The notes beneath the pieces were generated by a model. It did not search any database and was not told the origin of the DNA. It saw only the letters and a list, made by a program, of their open reading frames with translations. 64,000 nucleotides of DNA from Eledone cirrhosa (taxonomy: Eukaryota), in the NCBI GenBank assembly GCA_964016885.1, contig OZ024748.1, positions 48,174,001 through 48,238,000 of the forward strand, written 5' to 3'. Within the stretch, counting starts at the first letter, position 1, and each line of letters starts with the position of its first letter. A program made the position numbers and the translations under genes. This document shows, piece after piece, positions 52,295 to 64,000 of this stretch.

Positions 52295-54939
52295 CTATAT
52301 ACTACTAAAAATCTGTAATTTCCTGCTTGCTTGTCTGTAATGTAATACAGCCAAAAGGGTGCATAATGGGAAAATACATATATACACCAGGTCTGAACAC
52401 AAATGAGCCAAACTCCCACTGTCACTGCTTTCTAAAAACCTATCTAAAAACCTTCCATCATAATTTCATATAAAATCATTTGTTAAATTATGTTTCATTA
52501 ACCAACTTAATAATGAAAATGTTAGTTATTACAGTAATCCCTCCAAGTTCTTGATTATTTTCAAAACTATTTAAAAATCATAAGTAGCATCTTCCGTCAT
52601 AACTTTATGTAAGAACCTTTGTTAAGTTATATTCCAAACACCATTTTAATAATGAGAAATTCAAGTTATATTATTAAAATCTCTCCAAGTCCTTGATTAT
52701 TTTAAAAATTATTTAAAAATCAAAGGTGATAGGGAGCATCTTATGTAAGAGCCTTTGTTAAGTTATGTTCCGACACCAGCTTAATAATTCTAACACTGGC
52801 ATAAGGTCAGCAATTTGGGGAAGGGGGAAAGTCGATTCTTAACTGGTATTATATTTTATCAACTTTGGAAGGATCAAATGCAAAGAATTTGAATTCAGAA
52901 GAGAAAGTGATGACTAAATATTGTAAAACATTTTGTCCAATGCTCTACTGATTCTGCCAGTCACCAATCTGCTGCCCTATATTAATAGTTTCTTTATTAA
53001 CCATGCAGAGCTCATATTTAGAACACATTAAAGATGGTATAAGACAGTACAGGATGTCACAAGACAGCACAATAAGGGTTTTTTCGAGTAAAAACAGTTT
53101 AACAAAAATAATAAATGTAAAAATATTCCAACAAAAACAAATTCTGTGATGGCAGGAGGGCAGGAGAATAAAGTTAAGTTACTAAATCTTTCCAAATTCT
53201 TGATTATTTCCAAAATTATTTGAAAATTCCAGCCAGTGAGTCTTTCAATAGAAATATGTTAACGGAAGTTTTAAGAGAGTAAAAACAATAAACTACACCT
53301 TTCCCAATGTAAAATCTGAACATAAACAGGTAAATTATGAGATGAATAAAGAGAGAGCCAAACTTCATTGGACTGTCTTAAAAGAGATATCTACAGCTTC
53401 ACTGTCAAAAATGTGTGGCTCCATCTCTACTATAACATTGATTGATGACTTAAGGGGCATGTGTATGTCATGTGTGGAAGTGGGGAGTTAGAAAGGATGG
53501 AGAAGAAGAAGAAGAAATATTAGATAAATCTCTACATACAATCAACACTTGCAGTATCTCTTTCTTTCTTTCTTTATTATTTTTTTGTTGATAATTTGAT
53601 GCCTGTACATGTGCCTCACATCAAAGGTGGAGGGAAAATAATGGAAAAATATGTGTGGGTGTATGTGTGTCAGGGTATATGTGGTTATGTATGTGTGTTT
53701 GCGTGAGAATGCATGCGTGCATTTGTATGAATGTATGTGCATGTATTTGAGCTTGTGTATGAATGTATGTGTTAGTTATATGTGTATGTATGTTTGTGCA
53801 GTCATGAGTGTGTGCCTGTGTGCACAAGCGTGTGTTTGTATGAGAATGGAGTTTAGGATATGAATAAGCCTCAACTTGATAATAGAGTTATAAATGAACA
53901 AATAATCTACTGTTGTTGTTGTTTTTGATGTTGGTGGTGGTGGTGTTACTATTAGTATTATTTTCATTATTGTTATCATTATTGTTATTATCATCAATAT
54001 TTTCCTAGAAAAAGACTGATGGCCATATTGACCGAAGTGTGTGAAGGAATGAAAATGGTGAAAGAATCAAAGAAGTTTTCACTGAAATAACAGCAGTTGG
54101 TTTCTTCATGTCTTTTGTGTAGAAGAAAGAATATTTTACCAAAACAGTCAACATAATTGTTTGTAACATAGGCACAAGGCCAGAAATTTAGGGGCAATGG
54201 GAAAGTCACTTGAATCGAACCAAGTACTGAACTGGTTCTTTATTTCATCGAACTTAGAAGGATGAAAGGCAAAGTTGGCCTTGGCAGAATTTGAACTCAG
54301 AACATAGAAAGTTGTAACTAAATATTGGTTTCTGATTTAGGCACAAAGCTACCAATTTGGAGGGAGGGGAAAATCAATTAAATTGACCCTGGCATGTTAC
54401 TGGTACGCTATTTTATCGACCCATGTAAGGATGAAAGGCAAAGCTAATCTCAGAGGTATTTGAAATCAGAATGTAAAGGGGCATAAGCCTATGCCATAAA
54501 GCATGTTGTAACTAAATATAGCAAGGCATTTAGTCCTATGCTCTACCAATTCTGTCAATCTACCATCATTTGTATGAGCCTTTAATGAAACCTCTATAAA
54601 AAGTGGTTCTCAATTTTAACCATCTTACTACCAACATATACATCACTGAGCAAGACACTATTTTAGAAACGAGTTGTACTTCTGATTCAAAGGACCAGCC
54701 TTGTCATACCGTTTCTCCCTGAGAAATATGTTAAGGGTATACGTGTCTGTGGAATGCTTGGCCACTTACATGCATAGGCTGTTTCATTAACAATATTGAA
54801 ACTCGGAGGCTAATCTTACTTTGATGTAATGGTATCGCTGATGGCCAGCCCTTGGCATGAGCAAGTTTGATTCCCACAGTCAATGCTGTCCACTTTTTGG
54901 TCTTCATGAGTTTATTTGGCCAATTTGTTTGACTATTTA

Positions 54940-55430
54940 GGATGGTGGAATGGCAGAATTGGTAGAACTTCAGGTAAAATGTTATTGCAATATTTTTATG
55001 GCTCTTACCATTCCATGTTCAAAACCCAGCAAAGTCAACTTTGCCTTCCATTCTTTGAGAATTGATAAAATAAAAGTACCAGTCAAGTTCTGGGGCTGAT
55101 AAAATAAAAGTACCAGTCAAGTACTGGGGCTGATAAAATAAAAGTACCAGTCAAGTACTGGGGCTGATAAAATAAAAGTACCAGTCAAGTACTGGGGCTG
55201 ATAAAATAAAAGTACCAGTCAAGTACTGAGGCTGATAAAATAAAAGTACCAGTCAAGTACTGAGGCTGATAAAATAAAAGTACCAGTCAAGTACTGGGGC
55301 TGATAAAATAAAAGTACCGTCAAGTACTGGGGCTGATAAAATAAAAGTACCAATCACATACTGGGTTGATTTAATTAACTATGCCCTTCCCCTGAAATTT
55401 GTTGGACTTTGTGCTCGAATTAGAAATCAA
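54940..55430 (+). mobile_element. Old SINE family 2-like copy with internal 34-bp tandem expansion (about 9 copies, 55064-55365)
   Basis: gataaaataaaagtaccagtcaagtactggggct unit lies within the SINE body. Confidence 0.85.
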
Positions 55431-56435
55431 TATTTGAACACGGAACCTAAAGAGACAAAATTAAATTCCAGAAGATATTTAAGTCCTGCACATTACAACA
55501 AAAGGTGAGAAACAATTGAAAAACAAAAAAACAAATCTATTTGAAAAATGAAGCAAAAATCAACCCGAAAAAAACATTCAGCAATAACAGAAGTACAGCA
55601 AAATGTATAAGATTTTATATATATTTTAAACAAAAAAAAAATTGAAGAAGTGAAAATTATTTATATTTAAACAAAGCAAGTGAACTTCAATAAAAACTAA
55701 CAAAAAATTGCAGCAGAATTGAAATAAATTCTTTCAAAATAGAATTTTGTAGATGTAGAAAATATAGAAAAAAAGAGATTTAAAATGATAATAATAGTAA
55801 TAAAAATTTAAGAAAATAAAATAAAAGCTATTTCCTAATGCTTTTTGTTTCAGGCTTTATATTGTGATGACTTGTAGAGCTGAACAATATTCAAACTTTT
55901 ACTGTTGATAAACACTACACGAGGTGGCGGGTAATCTAAAGTTCTATGTACTTAATATACTGTATAATACATGGTTGTACACTTTATATATATGCATATA
56001 TACATATATAAATATATAGACACACACACACATACACACACATATATATATATATTTATTTTATATTTATTATATATATATTTAGTTTAAAACTAAGATT
56101 TGAAACTACTACCACCTCTGTTAGCCAACTAACAGAGAACGAAGGATAACCTAGGACAGAGACATGAACTCTAAATATGAGTGTAAAAACTAATAATTTT
56201 TCTTCCCCATTTTATTATTATTCGTATATATATGCAACTTAACTGCACTTTGCACATCTGCCGTTGAAAAAGCATATAATGCTGAAACCAGTACCACTAT
56301 TAAATGTGGAAATACCCACTTTATAAATAAATTTTTTGATATTATACTGAAAAAATCCCTCCAGCATTTTCTACTGAATTTTTTCCTTTTTACTATTTGT
56401 TTATATATATCAACCCGTGTGTTACTTTTCTACAT

Positions 56436-56522
<87 letters not shown>

Positions 56523-56525
<3 letters not shown>

Positions 56526-56840
56526 GCTTGCAATCGAAAGGTTGTGAGTTCAATTCTCATTCTCAGACCAGGTGATGTGTTGTTTCCTTGAGCAAGACAC
56601 TTTATTTCACATTGCTCCAGTTTACTCAGCTGTAGAAATGAGATGATAGGGACTGGGGTCCATATCATTCCACTGTAAAGTGGTCGTGGAGGTGCCACGG
56701 CAAAAAAGCACCCAGCACTCACTGTAAATGAGGTTGGTGTTAGGAAGGGCATCCAGCCGTAGAAATCAAGCCAGAATCAGTTCCCGTCCCACCCTTGCAA
56801 GCAGGGAAAAGCGGACGTAAAATGATGATGATGATGATGA

Positions 56841-56843
<3 letters not shown>
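56523..56843 (+). mobile_element. SINE family 1, slightly 5'-truncated
   Basis: Near-identical to 8400-8707. Confidence 0.88.
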
Positions 56844-56895
<52 letters not shown>

Positions 56896-56943
56896 TATAT
56901 ATATATTGTTATACTTTGGGAGGGTCATGTTGCCAATATATTC

Positions 56944-56983
<40 letters not shown>

Positions 56984-57057
56984 TCATATATATATATATA
57001 TATATACATATATATACATATATATATATATAAATATATACATATATAAATATATAC

Positions 57058-57140
<83 letters not shown>

Positions 57141-57791
57141 TAAAGTTAATATATCTGAGGGTACAAGGTACCCCCAGAAATACATAGGTTGTCTATGATT
57201 CAAGGTGGTTCTATGGTAATAATTTGATATACCAGAACTTAATATCAAGATAAGCAGAACAAGCAAAATTCAACCAATTTTTCAAAATAAATCAAAATTA
57301 ATTTACAATTAAAATTAATTAAAAAATATAATATAAATATTTACCTATTTAAATAGCCCTTACTGTACAGTTTCACTTTGCAAAATAGTGAGCAAAGGCA
57401 CTGCACAAAGCCAGTCCCACTCTCTTAACCAAGATGATATTTACCAATAAGAAGAACAAGTCAACATCATTGGATACCATCAGAGTTGCAGGTGTTATAT
57501 CAGAGTTTTCCTTCTCCTAGAATTCTGCCTTGACAAAGGCTAAGGGGTCATCTCTCCCGGTGATTTTGGATGGCCATTGACTCTTAAGAGCTCCTTTGCC
57601 CTTTGACAAGTTTTGTTTTTAGTCCTGCAGGATGTCCAAAGTCACCCTCCTCACCAAGAAACCTTGGTGGGGTTGCCAGTTTAGTCGCCAACGACCCGAC
57701 CATGAGACAGGTTGTACTGGGATACATGTTACCAGTAGCACCAACTGGTAACCTGACATATGTATATACATGTATGTATATACATATATAC

Positions 57792-57823
<32 letters not shown>

Positions 57824-57964
57824 GTATATACATATGTATATACATATGTATATACGTATGACATATGTATATACACGTATGTAAATACATATATACATAT
57901 ATATATATACATACATATACATATACATATATACATATATATATACATACATATATATATACAT

Positions 57965-57995
<31 letters not shown>

Positions 57996-58376
57996 ATAGG
58001 TGGGTGAAGGTGCGTGGATGAGTGGTTAGAGAATTGGATTCACAAGTGTAAGGTTGTGAGTTCCATTCCCTGTGACCACTACACATAGGGACCCACAACA
58101 AACTTAGGGCCACTATATTGAATAACAAATAAATAATTATCCACATCCTTTCTCTTTCCCAACAAAGACAAAAAAATATTATTACTACCTCTCTCCCACA
58201 AACAACCACTCACACACGTATATTTGTAGGCACAAACCCACATACATACAAACGTATTAGGTGCCATATACACACCTACGCACCAACAACATCTCCACAC
58301 CCACAACAGCTCCACAATCCCTAGTACAAGAAGCCATCTATATTAAAATATAAAAATGTCCACATCTGCCTGTAGT

Positions 58377-60811
58377 TTAACCCTTTAATGTTCAAACCGG
58401 CCAGAATTCTGTACCTCTTTCTGTTGAAACTGGCTGTAACTGGTCACTCAAACTGATGTTAAGGTATTGTTCTCAAAGTAAATACTTTCAAAATCTCATA
58501 GATTCGATATTATGTGAGATATTATGTGAGATAAAGCCTTTACCATGAAAATATAATAGTATATATATATAGAGTAATGTAAATGTTATGTGAGATATTA
58601 TGTGAGATAAAGCCTTCACCATGAAAATATAATAGTATATATATAGAGTAATGTAAATGTTATGTGAGATATTATGTGAAATAAAGCCTTCACCATGAAA
58701 ATATAATAATATATATAGAGTAATGTAAATGTTATGTGAGATATTATGTGAGGTAAAGCCTTCACCATGAAAATATAATAATATATATAGAGTAATGTAA
58801 ATGTTATGTGAGATATTATGTGAGATAAAGCCTTCACCATGAAAATATAATAATATATATAGAGTAATGTAAATGTTATGTGAGATATTATGTGAGGTAA
58901 AGCCTTCACCATGAAAATATAATAATATATATAGAGTAATGTAAATGTTATGTGAGATTGTCAACTGCTACAAAGGTAAAGGCGATGCACTAGATAGAGG
59001 AAACTATAGAGGTATGAAGTTGATGGACCAGGTCATGAAAGTAACAGAAAGAGTTATAGCACAGTTGATTAGGGACCGGGTGAAAATAGACGAGATGCAA
59101 TTTGGGTTTGTACCAGGAAGAGGCACCACTGATGCCCTCTTCCTTGTGAGGCAATTACAGGAAAAGTACCTAGCTAAAAGTAAGCCACTCTACTTGGCAT
59201 TTGTCAACCTTGAGAAAGCCTTTGACAGAGTTCCATGTGCTGTAATCTGGTGGGCTCTTAGAAAACTAGGAGTAGATGAATGGCTTGTGAAAGCGGTACA
59301 AGCCATGTATAGGGAAGCAGTCAGCAAAGTTAGGATTAGCAATGAGTATAGCGAGGAATTTAGCGTACAGGTTGGGGTCCACCAGGGCTCTGTTCTTAGA
59401 CCCCTCCTGTTCATCATAGTCCTGCAGGCAATAACGGAGGAGTTTAAGACCGGATGCTCATGGGAACTCCTGTATGCTGATGACCTCGCACTCATAGCTG
59501 AATCTATGGTAGAACTAGAGAATAAATTCCAAACTTGGAAGCAGGGACTAGAAAGAAAGGGTCTCCAAGTCAACATGACAAAGACTAAGGTCCTTGTAAG
59601 TAGACGAGAAAACAGAACCCAGATCCCCTCAGGGAAATGGCCTTGCTCAGTATGTAGGAAAGGTGTAGGTAGGAACTCCATTCTCTGCCCCAAATGCAAA
59701 CAATGGGTACACAAGAGATGTAGCGGGATCTCAGGAAGCTTAATTAAGAATGTAGACTTCACATGCAGCAGCTGTACTGAGACAGCAAGCAGCAAATAGC
59801 CACAGGAAACAAGTACCACCAATCTCTGGGAGGGCTCTGTAGAAACAGTAGACAGCTTCTGCTACCTAGGTGACCGAATTAGCAGCGGAGGTGGGTGTTC
59901 AGAAAGTACAATAACTAGGGTAAGAACGGGATGGAAGAAGTTTAAGGAACTACTACCACTGCTAGCTGCAAAAGGCTTCTCCCTCAGAATGAAAGGCAGA
60001 CTGTATGATGCGTGTATCCGAACAGCAATGTTGCATGGTAGTGAGACCTGGGCGCTGAAGGTGAAAGATTTACGTAGATTAGAGAGAAACGAAGCCTGCA
60101 TGCTCCGATGCATGTGTAACAGTAATATACGTGAACGACAAAGCATAAATGAATTGAAAGAGAGACTGAGCATAAGAGGAATCAAATGCTGTGTGCAGGA
60201 GAAGTGGTTGCATTGGTATGGACATGTGATGCGTATGAAGGATGACAGCTGCATAAAAAGGTGCAGAGCACTAGAAGTCAATGGAAACCGCGGAGTGGGG
60301 AGACCCAAGATGACCTGGGATGAGGTGATAAAAGCCGACCTTACCCAATTACACCTCTCAAAGGCAATGACACACGACCGTGACCTCTGGCGTCACGCAG
60401 TAATACAGAGTACCCGACCTCCCATGGGTACAAGCTGAAGCATATAGACAATATTCCCCCACACACCCCCACCGCAAGCTGGTCGTGGATGTGCCATGGC
60501 AAAAAAGCACCCAGCCCACACTGTAAAGTGGACGTGTAGCCACCACGGCAAAAAAGCACCCAGCACTCACTGTAAATGAGGTTGGTGTTAGGAAGGGCAT
60601 CCAGCTGTAGAAATCAAGCCAGAATCAGTTCCTGTATGAGCAAGGCATGGTCAGCCGACCAGACACTGCCCACAACAGGACAACCCGTCTAACCCATGCT
60701 AGCGTGGAAGAACGGACATAAAACGGTGATGATGTTGATGATGATGATAAAAGCCTTCACCATGAAAATATAATAGTATATATATATATAGAGTAATGTA
60801 AATGCTAAAGG
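58377..60811. mobile_element. TTAA MITE with internal tandem expansion (about 72-bp unit, 58507-58958), split by an RTE insertion
   Basis: Reverse-complement homologue of 63112-63338; MITE sequence resumes at about 60750. Confidence 0.8.
58959..60748 (+). mobile_element. 5'-truncated RTE-clade LINE with one in-frame stop (59797-59799)
   Basis: KGKGDALDRGNYRG, QFGF, YADD and PHD-like motif; paralogous to 35437-37198. Confidence 0.95.
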
Positions 60812-61393
60812 ATGAAGGTAAACTAAGTAATAGCACAACAATCAGCAACTGATACAACAATAATTCTAACTAAAAACAACAACAATTGTAATACTGACCA
60901 GTTGATATGTGATCTTTTGAGGTAACTAAAAAATAAGTTCTTTTATTGACAGATATATAAAATTGTCAATGTACAACCAAGCCATTCTTTGATCAGACAG
61001 CGTTAGTGTTTTTGTGTGGTGTCAATGGTTAGCTTGGTGTCTGTAATTAAGCCAAGTTTTCTGACCACTTCGACCATACAAATGGTGAATGCAACACAGA
61101 CTCGCACACACACACATACACCCCAATAAATCAGGATGATAAATACTGTCTATCTCCCCTTAACAATATATATTTAATTACATATAAAACAACACAATAT
61201 AATTATTCCATTACCAGAGATTTTAAGAGACTAGACGATTCTTACAGAAATGTCCAGCCCATTCATCAGATGAAATAGTTATGTTTTGGATATATAAACT
61301 ATAATGAATTCATTCTAAAACTTTTCTTTAACATCCTATAAAGAACCTTTACCCTTATATGGACAGCTTATACCCTTATATGGACAACCTACA

Positions 61394-61480
61394 CCCCTGA
61401 CGAAATGGCCAGTTGACTGTAAACCTGTTTGTTAACAGTCTGGAACTAGCTGTTGAAACAGCAAGAGCTCAGCTGTCGGG
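61394..61480 (+). ncRNA. Type I hammerhead ribozyme, intact core, long stem II
   Basis: ccc-CTGACGA-aatggccagttgactgt..acagtctggaactagctgtt-GAAA-cagc(aagagctca)gctg-TC-ggg. Confidence 0.78.
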
Positions 61481-62207
61481 CTGCAACTCTCTCTCATATA
61501 GTTACACTCTACCATCCCAAGTATTGAGTACTTTGTTGAATGGTCTAACTAGTTTAAAACTGGTTCAATCCTGATGTGTGTGTGTGCACGCGCATGTGTA
61601 TGTGTGTTTTAAATGGCAACATTAACTCTACAATGATGTAAATGATAATTTATCATTATCAGCTTCAAGTGAGGTATTTTATGTATGTTATGTTGTCGAA
61701 ATAGAATTGTCATTAACTGAAGCCATTAAAAGAAGAATTAACTTGTGTAGAATGAACTGGTTTGTAATATATAGAAATGGCTAATGGTATATCAGATCTT
61801 TCTACTACAACTATAACAACAACAACTGCAACAACAAGTACAAGAACAACAACAATGACAACAAACAAAAGAAAAGATTATGAAACATAAAGAAAGAAGG
61901 GAAGAAAAAAGAAGAGAAGAAAGGGAAGAAAAAAGAAGAGAAGAAAGGTAAGAAAGAAAGAGAGACGAGATGAGAAGAAAGGTAAGAAAAAATGTAATAA
62001 AGGTGAGAGAGAGGTGAGAACGAAAGTCAACGAAAGAAAGAATAAAAAAGGTAAAGATGATGATGAGAATTAGAAGTTTTAATAGCTGGTAATTCTTGTG
62101 TCAACAGCAAACTGACTTGATTGGTAAATTGTAGTTAAGGTAATTAACTTAGAAGAATGTTAGTGGAAGTGGTGGGAATGGTAGAGAGGAGGTCATGTGA
62201 TCACAAC

Positions 62208-62750
62208 TAACACCACCATCACCAACTCTACAACTACCACTACTAAATTCACCAACTCTACAACTACTACCACCAACACTACCACTACCAGCACCACCAA
62301 CACTACTGCCACCACCACCAACACTACTGCCACCACCAACACTACCACCACCAACTCTACTACCAACACTACCACTACCAGCACCACCTCTACTACCACC
62401 ACCACCTCTACTACCACCACCAACACTACAACCACCACCACCAACTCTACTGCCACCACCAACACTACCACCACCAACTCTACTACCACCACCACCACCT
62501 CTACTACCACCACCACCTCTACTACCACCACCACCTCTACTACCACCACCAACACTACAACCACCACCACCACCTCTACTACCACCACCACCTCTACTAC
62601 CACTACCAACACTACAACCACCACCACCAACTCTACTACCACCACCAACACTACAACCACCAACTCTACTACCACCACCAACACTACAACCACCACCACC
62701 TCTACTACCACCACCAACACTACAACCACCACCACCAACTCTACTGCCAT
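62208..62750. repeat. (ACC/ACT/ACA)n compound trinucleotide tract
   Basis: Read directly. Confidence 0.9.
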
Positions 62751-63111
62751 CTAAATATGTGTGTGTGTGTGTGTGCGTATGTATGTGAATGTATGAGTGT
62801 ATATTTGTGTGAATGTATGTATGTATGTGTGTATGTGTGTAAGTATGTATGTAAGTAAGAGTATAAGTGTGTGTGTGTATGGAGAAATAACTCCTAGTGG
62901 AGCCCATACCCTCTCCAAGTCAGAATACAGTCCATTTCTTCCAGTGAAAGAGAGAGAAAGAGTTAGAAAGAGAAGGGGGAGATATAGAGGAATAATTGAC
63001 CCCAGTAGTAGACTGGTATTTTATTCATCGACCTCAAAAGCTGAAAATCAAAGTTGACCTTTGCAGGATTTGAACTGAGAAAGCAGAGAGCCAGAAATCA
63101 CAAGATCTTGT

Positions 63112-63338
63112 TTAACCCTTTAGCATTCACATTATTTTATATATACTGTTATATTTTCATGGTAAAGGCTTTACCTCACATAATATCTCACATAATATCG
63201 AATCTATGAGATTTTGAAAGTATTTATTTTGAGAACAATACCTTAACATCAGTTTGAGCGACCAGTTACAGCCAGTTTCAACAGAAAGAGGTAGAGAATT
63301 CTGGTCGGTTTTGGCCGGTTTGAACATTAAAGGGTTAA
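63112..63338. mobile_element. Intact TTAA-flanked piggyBac-like MITE (about 220 bp)
   Basis: ttaa-CCCTTTAG...TTAAAGGG-ttaa; three copies in the window. Confidence 0.8.
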
Positions 63339-63861
63339 TAAAGTATTTCAGTTAATTCAAATGCTGAATTTTTTATTGAAAATATGCATTTTGCCTGTGA
63401 ATCCAGACTTTAGGGACACCCAGTACAGTAAATATAACAATGAAAATAGAGAAATATTTATACTTAGAGTAGACTAGATACCCAAATGCGTGTGTATGTA
63501 TTACTGCAGTGAAACTGTATCAATGACCAGCTAACAAACTATGTCACAAAAATGTTGACACCAAGAAGCAAATTATAACAGCTTGTGTGCTTGTTTCAAG
63601 GGAGAGGTGGAGGTGAAAGGAATGACTGAAAGGACTCTTTCATGCTGCAATTGTTTTATTTTCAACACACATGATCTCAGATCAATTCACTTGCCAGACT
63701 AGTAGCTACTCTGAAATATACCATATTATACAACCATATACATAACTGATCTGTTGGACTTTTAGAAAGCGCTGAGGAGATAAAATAAAGAGGGGTATTC
63801 TCATGCATGGAGATGCTATGAAATAGGGTGAAGACCCTTAAAGATGGGAATAGAAGTTGCC

Positions 63862-63940
63862 GTTGACCACTATGAGGGATTGAACCCTGTATCTCCCAGA
63901 TACTGGCTAGGTGCTTTGAACCATTAAGCCAAGGGACCGA
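63862..63940 (-). mobile_element. tRNA-like head, probably a SINE or tRNA pseudogene
   Basis: tggcttaatgg A box and gggttcaatccc B box/T-arm; acceptor stem does not close. Confidence 0.55.
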
Positions 63941-64000
63941 GACAATTCTTGCCGTCTTAAAGTAGACAGCTAAATCACAGCTTTCAAATGTTAACATATA

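Noticed and set aside
63677-63997. 106-aa minus-strand ORF as a possible AARSD1 first exon
   Set aside because: No AlaX N-terminal similarity, and it overlaps a tRNA-like SINE head.

Overview
Eukaryotic (animal) genomic DNA, AT-rich and crowded with (TA)n/(CA)n microsatellites. The SINE/LINE complement resembles octopus (coleoid cephalopod) DNA, but that taxon call is an inference. The only host gene I can support is AARSD1 (AlaXp-type alanyl-tRNA editing protein) on the minus strand. Seven phase-compatible GT-AG exons lie between 39999 and 2816 and carry the HxxxH (QQHSGQH) and CxxxH (CCGTH) zinc motifs; the first and last exons were not found in the window. The rest is probably intron, filled with RTE, R4/Dong-like and Tx1/L1-like LINE fragments, two tRNA-derived SINE families, a decayed Helitron, a mariner carrying a nested solo-LTR-like insert and SINE, TTAA-flanked MITEs, foldbacks and minisatellites. 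The main unannotated signal is about 15 type I hammerhead ribozyme motifs (several with intact cores, others degenerate) of several sequence families. They sit in non-coding, microsatellite-flanked, partly terminally redundant units (Penelope pLTR or retrozyme-like), and about 9 are in the sense of the AARSD1 pre-mRNA. Other notable structures are a 106-bp palindromic array plus a duplicated exon end next to one exon, templated inverted insertions nearby, and a twin-priming-type inversion in an RTE-like LINE. All folds and alignments were done by eye and no database searches were run.
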